Shown: piece by piece, positions 60,601-64,000 of the stretch | How positions within the stretch are numbered: position 1 is the first letter of the stretch | Layout of the letters: each line of letters begins with the position of its first letter | From: Cetorhinus maximus | Taxonomy: Eukaryota | DNA length: 64,000 nt | Assembly (NCBI RefSeq): GCF_964194155.1 | Contig: NC_135895.1 | Coordinates: forward strand, 51,460,001-51,524,000 | Direction: 5' to 3' | The notes under the pieces: model-generated | Told to the model about the DNA's origin: nothing | Seen by the model: the letters and a program-made list of their open reading frames with translations, nothing else | Database searches by the model: none | Made by a program: the position numbers and the translations under genes

Positions 60601-63600
60601 CTCTCCAACACTGAGAAATCTGCTTCTCTCCAACACTGGGAACTCTGGTCCCCTCCAACACTGAGATCTCTGCACCTTCTAACACCAAGAACTCAGCTTC
60701 TCTTCAACACTGGGAACTTTGGTCTTCCCCATGGCTGAGAACACTGTGCCCCTCTAACACGAAGAACTCTGCTTCTCTCCTACATCAAAAACTCTGCTGC
60801 TCTGCAACACTGAGAACTCTGCCCCCCTCCAGCACTGTGAACTCTGCTTCTCTCCAACACTGAGAACTTTGCTTTTGTCCAATACTGAGATCCCTGCTCA
60901 CACAAACAATGAGAAAACTGCCTTTGTCCAGCACTGAGAATTCTGCTCCCTTGCAACACTGAGAAGTCTGCCCCCTCCAGCACTGAGAACACTGCTCCCC
61001 TTGAGCACTGTGAATGCTGTTCCACTCCAACATTGCGATCTCGGCCTCTCGCCAACACGGAGAACTCTGCTTCACTCAAACACTGAGAACTCTGCTTTTG
61101 TCTAACAATGAGAAATCTGCTTTTATCCATCACTGAGAACTCTGCTCCCGTGGAACGCTGAGAACTCTGCTTATCTCCAATACTGAGAATTCTGCTTCTC
61201 TCTAACATTGTGAAGTCTCCTTTTATCCAACACTGGGAACTCTGCTACACTCCAAAACTAAGAACTTTGCTCAATTCAGCTTCTCTCCAGCACTGAGAAT
61301 TCTGCTCCCTGTAACATTGAGACCTTGGCCTCTTTCCAACAAGGGAACTCTGCTTCTCTTCAATACTGAAACCTCTGCTTTTGGCCAACACTGAAAACTC
61401 TGTTCCCCATCCAACACTGAGAGCTCAGCTTCTCTCCAACACTGAGAACTCAGCTTTTCCCAAACCCTGAGAACTCTGCTTCCCTCCAACATTGAGAATG
61501 CTGCTTCCCTCAAACACTGAGAAATGTGCTCTGCTTTAACGCTGAGATCTCTTCTCCCTCCAACACTGAGATCTCTGCTCCCCTTCAACACTGAAAACTA
61601 TGCTCCCCTCCAACATTGAGATCTCTGCTCCACTCCAGCAGTGAGATCTCTGCTTCACTCCAGCACTGAGATCTCTGTGCGCTCCAACACAGAGAACACT
61701 GCTCCCCTCGAACACTGCGAATGGTGCTCCACTCCTATGTTGAGAACTCGGCCTCTCGCCAACACGGAGAACACTGCTTCTCTCAAATACTGAAACCTCT
61801 GTTTTTGACCACCAGGGAGAATGCTGCCTCTCTCCAACACTGAGAACACTGCTCCCCTCCAACATTGTGGACTCTGCTCCCTCCAACACTGAGACCTCTG
61901 CTCCCCTCGAACACTGAGTGCTGTGCTTATCTCCAACACTGAGTGCTCTGCTCTGGTCCAACATTGAGAACTCTGCTCCTTTCCAACACAGAGCCTCTTC
62001 TCCCCTCTAACATTGAGAACTTTGTTTCTCTCCAACACTGAGATCTTGGCTTCTCTCCAAAACAAGAACTCTGCTTTTGTCCGACACTGAGAACTCTGCT
62101 TCTATTCAACACTGAGAATGCTGCTGCTCTCCAACACTGAGAACTCTGCTCTCATTGAACGCTAAAAATTCTGCTTATCTCCGAAACTGAGAATTCTGCT
62201 TCCATCCAACACTGGGAACTTTGCTCCCCTCAAACACTTAGAATGCTTCTCCCCTCCAATACTGAAACCTCTGCTTTTGACCAACACTGAGAACTCTGCT
62301 CCCTCCAACACTGAGAACTCTGCTCCCTCCAACACAGAATTCTGCTCCCTCCAACACTGAGAACTCTGCTCCCTCCAACACTGAAAACTCTGCTCCCTCC
62401 AACACTGAAAACTCTGCTCCCTCCAAGGCTGAGAATTCTGCTCCCCTCCAACATGGAGAAATTTGCTCTCCTCGAACATTGCGAACTCATCTTCCCATCC
62501 ATCACTGAGAAATGTGCTCCCTTTGAACACTGCGAACTCTGCGTCTGTGCAAAACTGAGAACTCTGCTCCCTTCCAACACTGAGAACTCTGTTCCCCTCC
62601 AACGTTCAGAACTCAGCTCCCCTCCAACACTGAGGATTCTTCTCCCTTCCAACGTTCAGAACTCAGCTTCTCTCCAACACTGACAACTCTGTTCCCTGCA
62701 CTGAGAATGCTGCTCCCCTCCAACACTGAGAACTCTGCTTCTCTCCAATACTGGGAACTCAGCTTTTGTCCTACACTGAGAATGCTGCTCCCCTCCAACA
62801 CTGAGAACTGAGCCGCTCTCCAACACTGAGAACTCAGCTTCTCTCCAACACTGAGAACTCTGCTTCTCTACAACTCTGCAAACTCTGCTTATGTGTAAAA
62901 CTGAGAACTCTGCTCCCCTCCAAGACTGAGAATTCTGCTCCCATCCAACACTGAGAGCTCAGCTTCTCTCCAACACTCAGAACTCAGCTTCTCACCAACA
63001 CTGAGAACTCTACTCCCTTCCAACACTGCGAATTCTGCTCCCCTCCTATATTCAGAACTCAGCTTCTCTCCAACACTGACAACTCTTCTTATCTCAAACA
63101 ACTGAGCACTCGACTTTTGACCAACACTGAAAACTTTGCACTCCTCCGATAGAGAATGCAGATTCTCTCCAAAACTGGGAACTCAGCTTCCCTCAAACAA
63201 CTGAGCACTCGGCTCTGCTCCAACATTGAGAACTCGCCTTCTCTCCAGCACTGAGAACACTGCTTCTCTCCAATACTGAAACCTGTGCTTTTGACCAACA
63301 CTGAAAACTCTGCCCTGCTCCAACATTGAGAACAATGCTTCTCTTCAATACTGGGAACTCAGCTTTTGTCCTACACTGAGAATGCTGCTCCCCTCCAACA
63401 CTGAGAACTTAGCCGCTCTCCAACACTGAGAACTCAGCTTCTCTCCAACACTGAGAACTCTGCTTCTCTACAACTCTGCGAACTCTGCTTGTGCGCAAAA
63501 CTGAGAACTCTGCTCCCCTCCAAGACTGAGAATTCTGCTCCCATCCAACACTGAGAGCTCAGCTTCTCTCCAACACTCAGAACTCAGCTTCTCACCAACA

Positions 63601-64000
63601 CTGAGAACTCTGCACTCCTCCAAGACAAATAACTCTGCTTCTCCCCAACATCGGAAACTGCATCTCTCCAATTCTGAGAACTCTTCTCCCCTCCAACACT
63701 CAGAACTCTGCTTATATCCAACACTGAGAACTCTGGTCCCCTCCAGTGCTCTGAACGCCGCTCCCCTCCAAGGCTGAGATGCCTGCTTCTCTTCAACACT
63801 GAAACCTCTGCTTGGGTCCAACAGTGTGAACTCTGCTCCCCTCCAACATTGAGAATTCTGCTTCTCTCCAACACGGAAAAATGCTCTGCTCGAACATTGC
63901 GAACTCAGCTTCCCATCCAAAACTGGGAACTCAGCTTCTCCCCAACACTGAGAACTCTGGTCCCCTCTAGCGCTCTGAATGCCGCTCCCCTCCAAGGCTG
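57664..64000. repeat. Satellite DNA, ~25-bp monomer CTCCAACACTGAGAACTCTGCTCCC (variant ...CTCAGCTTCT), at least 6.3 kb and running off the window
   Basis: CTCCAACACT recurs at 59281, 59306 and 59331 (25-bp period). There are roughly 250 variably diverged monomers, with some 24-bp units. Confidence 0.97.

Noticed and set aside
57628-63995. Many minus-strand ORFs as a real repetitive protein gene
   Set aside because: All three frames give the same peptide, with frequent stops and indels. The 25-bp satellite explains them fully.
57664-64000. CRISPR-like array
   Set aside because: Monomers are contiguous with no unique spacers, there are no cas genes, and the context is vertebrate.

Overview
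This is repeat-dominated vertebrate DNA, almost certainly from a cartilaginous fish (shark/ray): it carries a SacSINE1/DeuSINE-like SINE plus CR1 and L2 LINEs. I find no recognisable host protein-coding gene, rRNA, true tRNA or CRISPR array. The window holds a decayed Gypsy LTR retrotransposon (9812-14445) with a Harbinger-type MITE in its 5' LTR, a second Gypsy remnant, a solo LTR, several PIF/Harbinger remnants (transposase and Myb/SANT genes) with their GGGCAGAATTTT-terminated MITEs, CR1 and L2 fragments, and a 25-bp satellite from ~57.7 kb to the end. The most interesting signal is an abundant CR1-superfamily LINE family (here 'LINE-A'). In two independent copies it begins with a tRNA-derived A/B-box head joined directly to the endonuclease-RT ORF, with no ORF1. 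Its sense strand is almost free of TTTT Pol III terminators, and its internal-deletion derivative is the local SINE. I infer a candidate Pol III-transcribed LINE/SINE system. Several locally templated inverted insertions are also present. Coordinates of degenerate repeats are approximate and read by eye; family names come from recalled motifs, not database searches.
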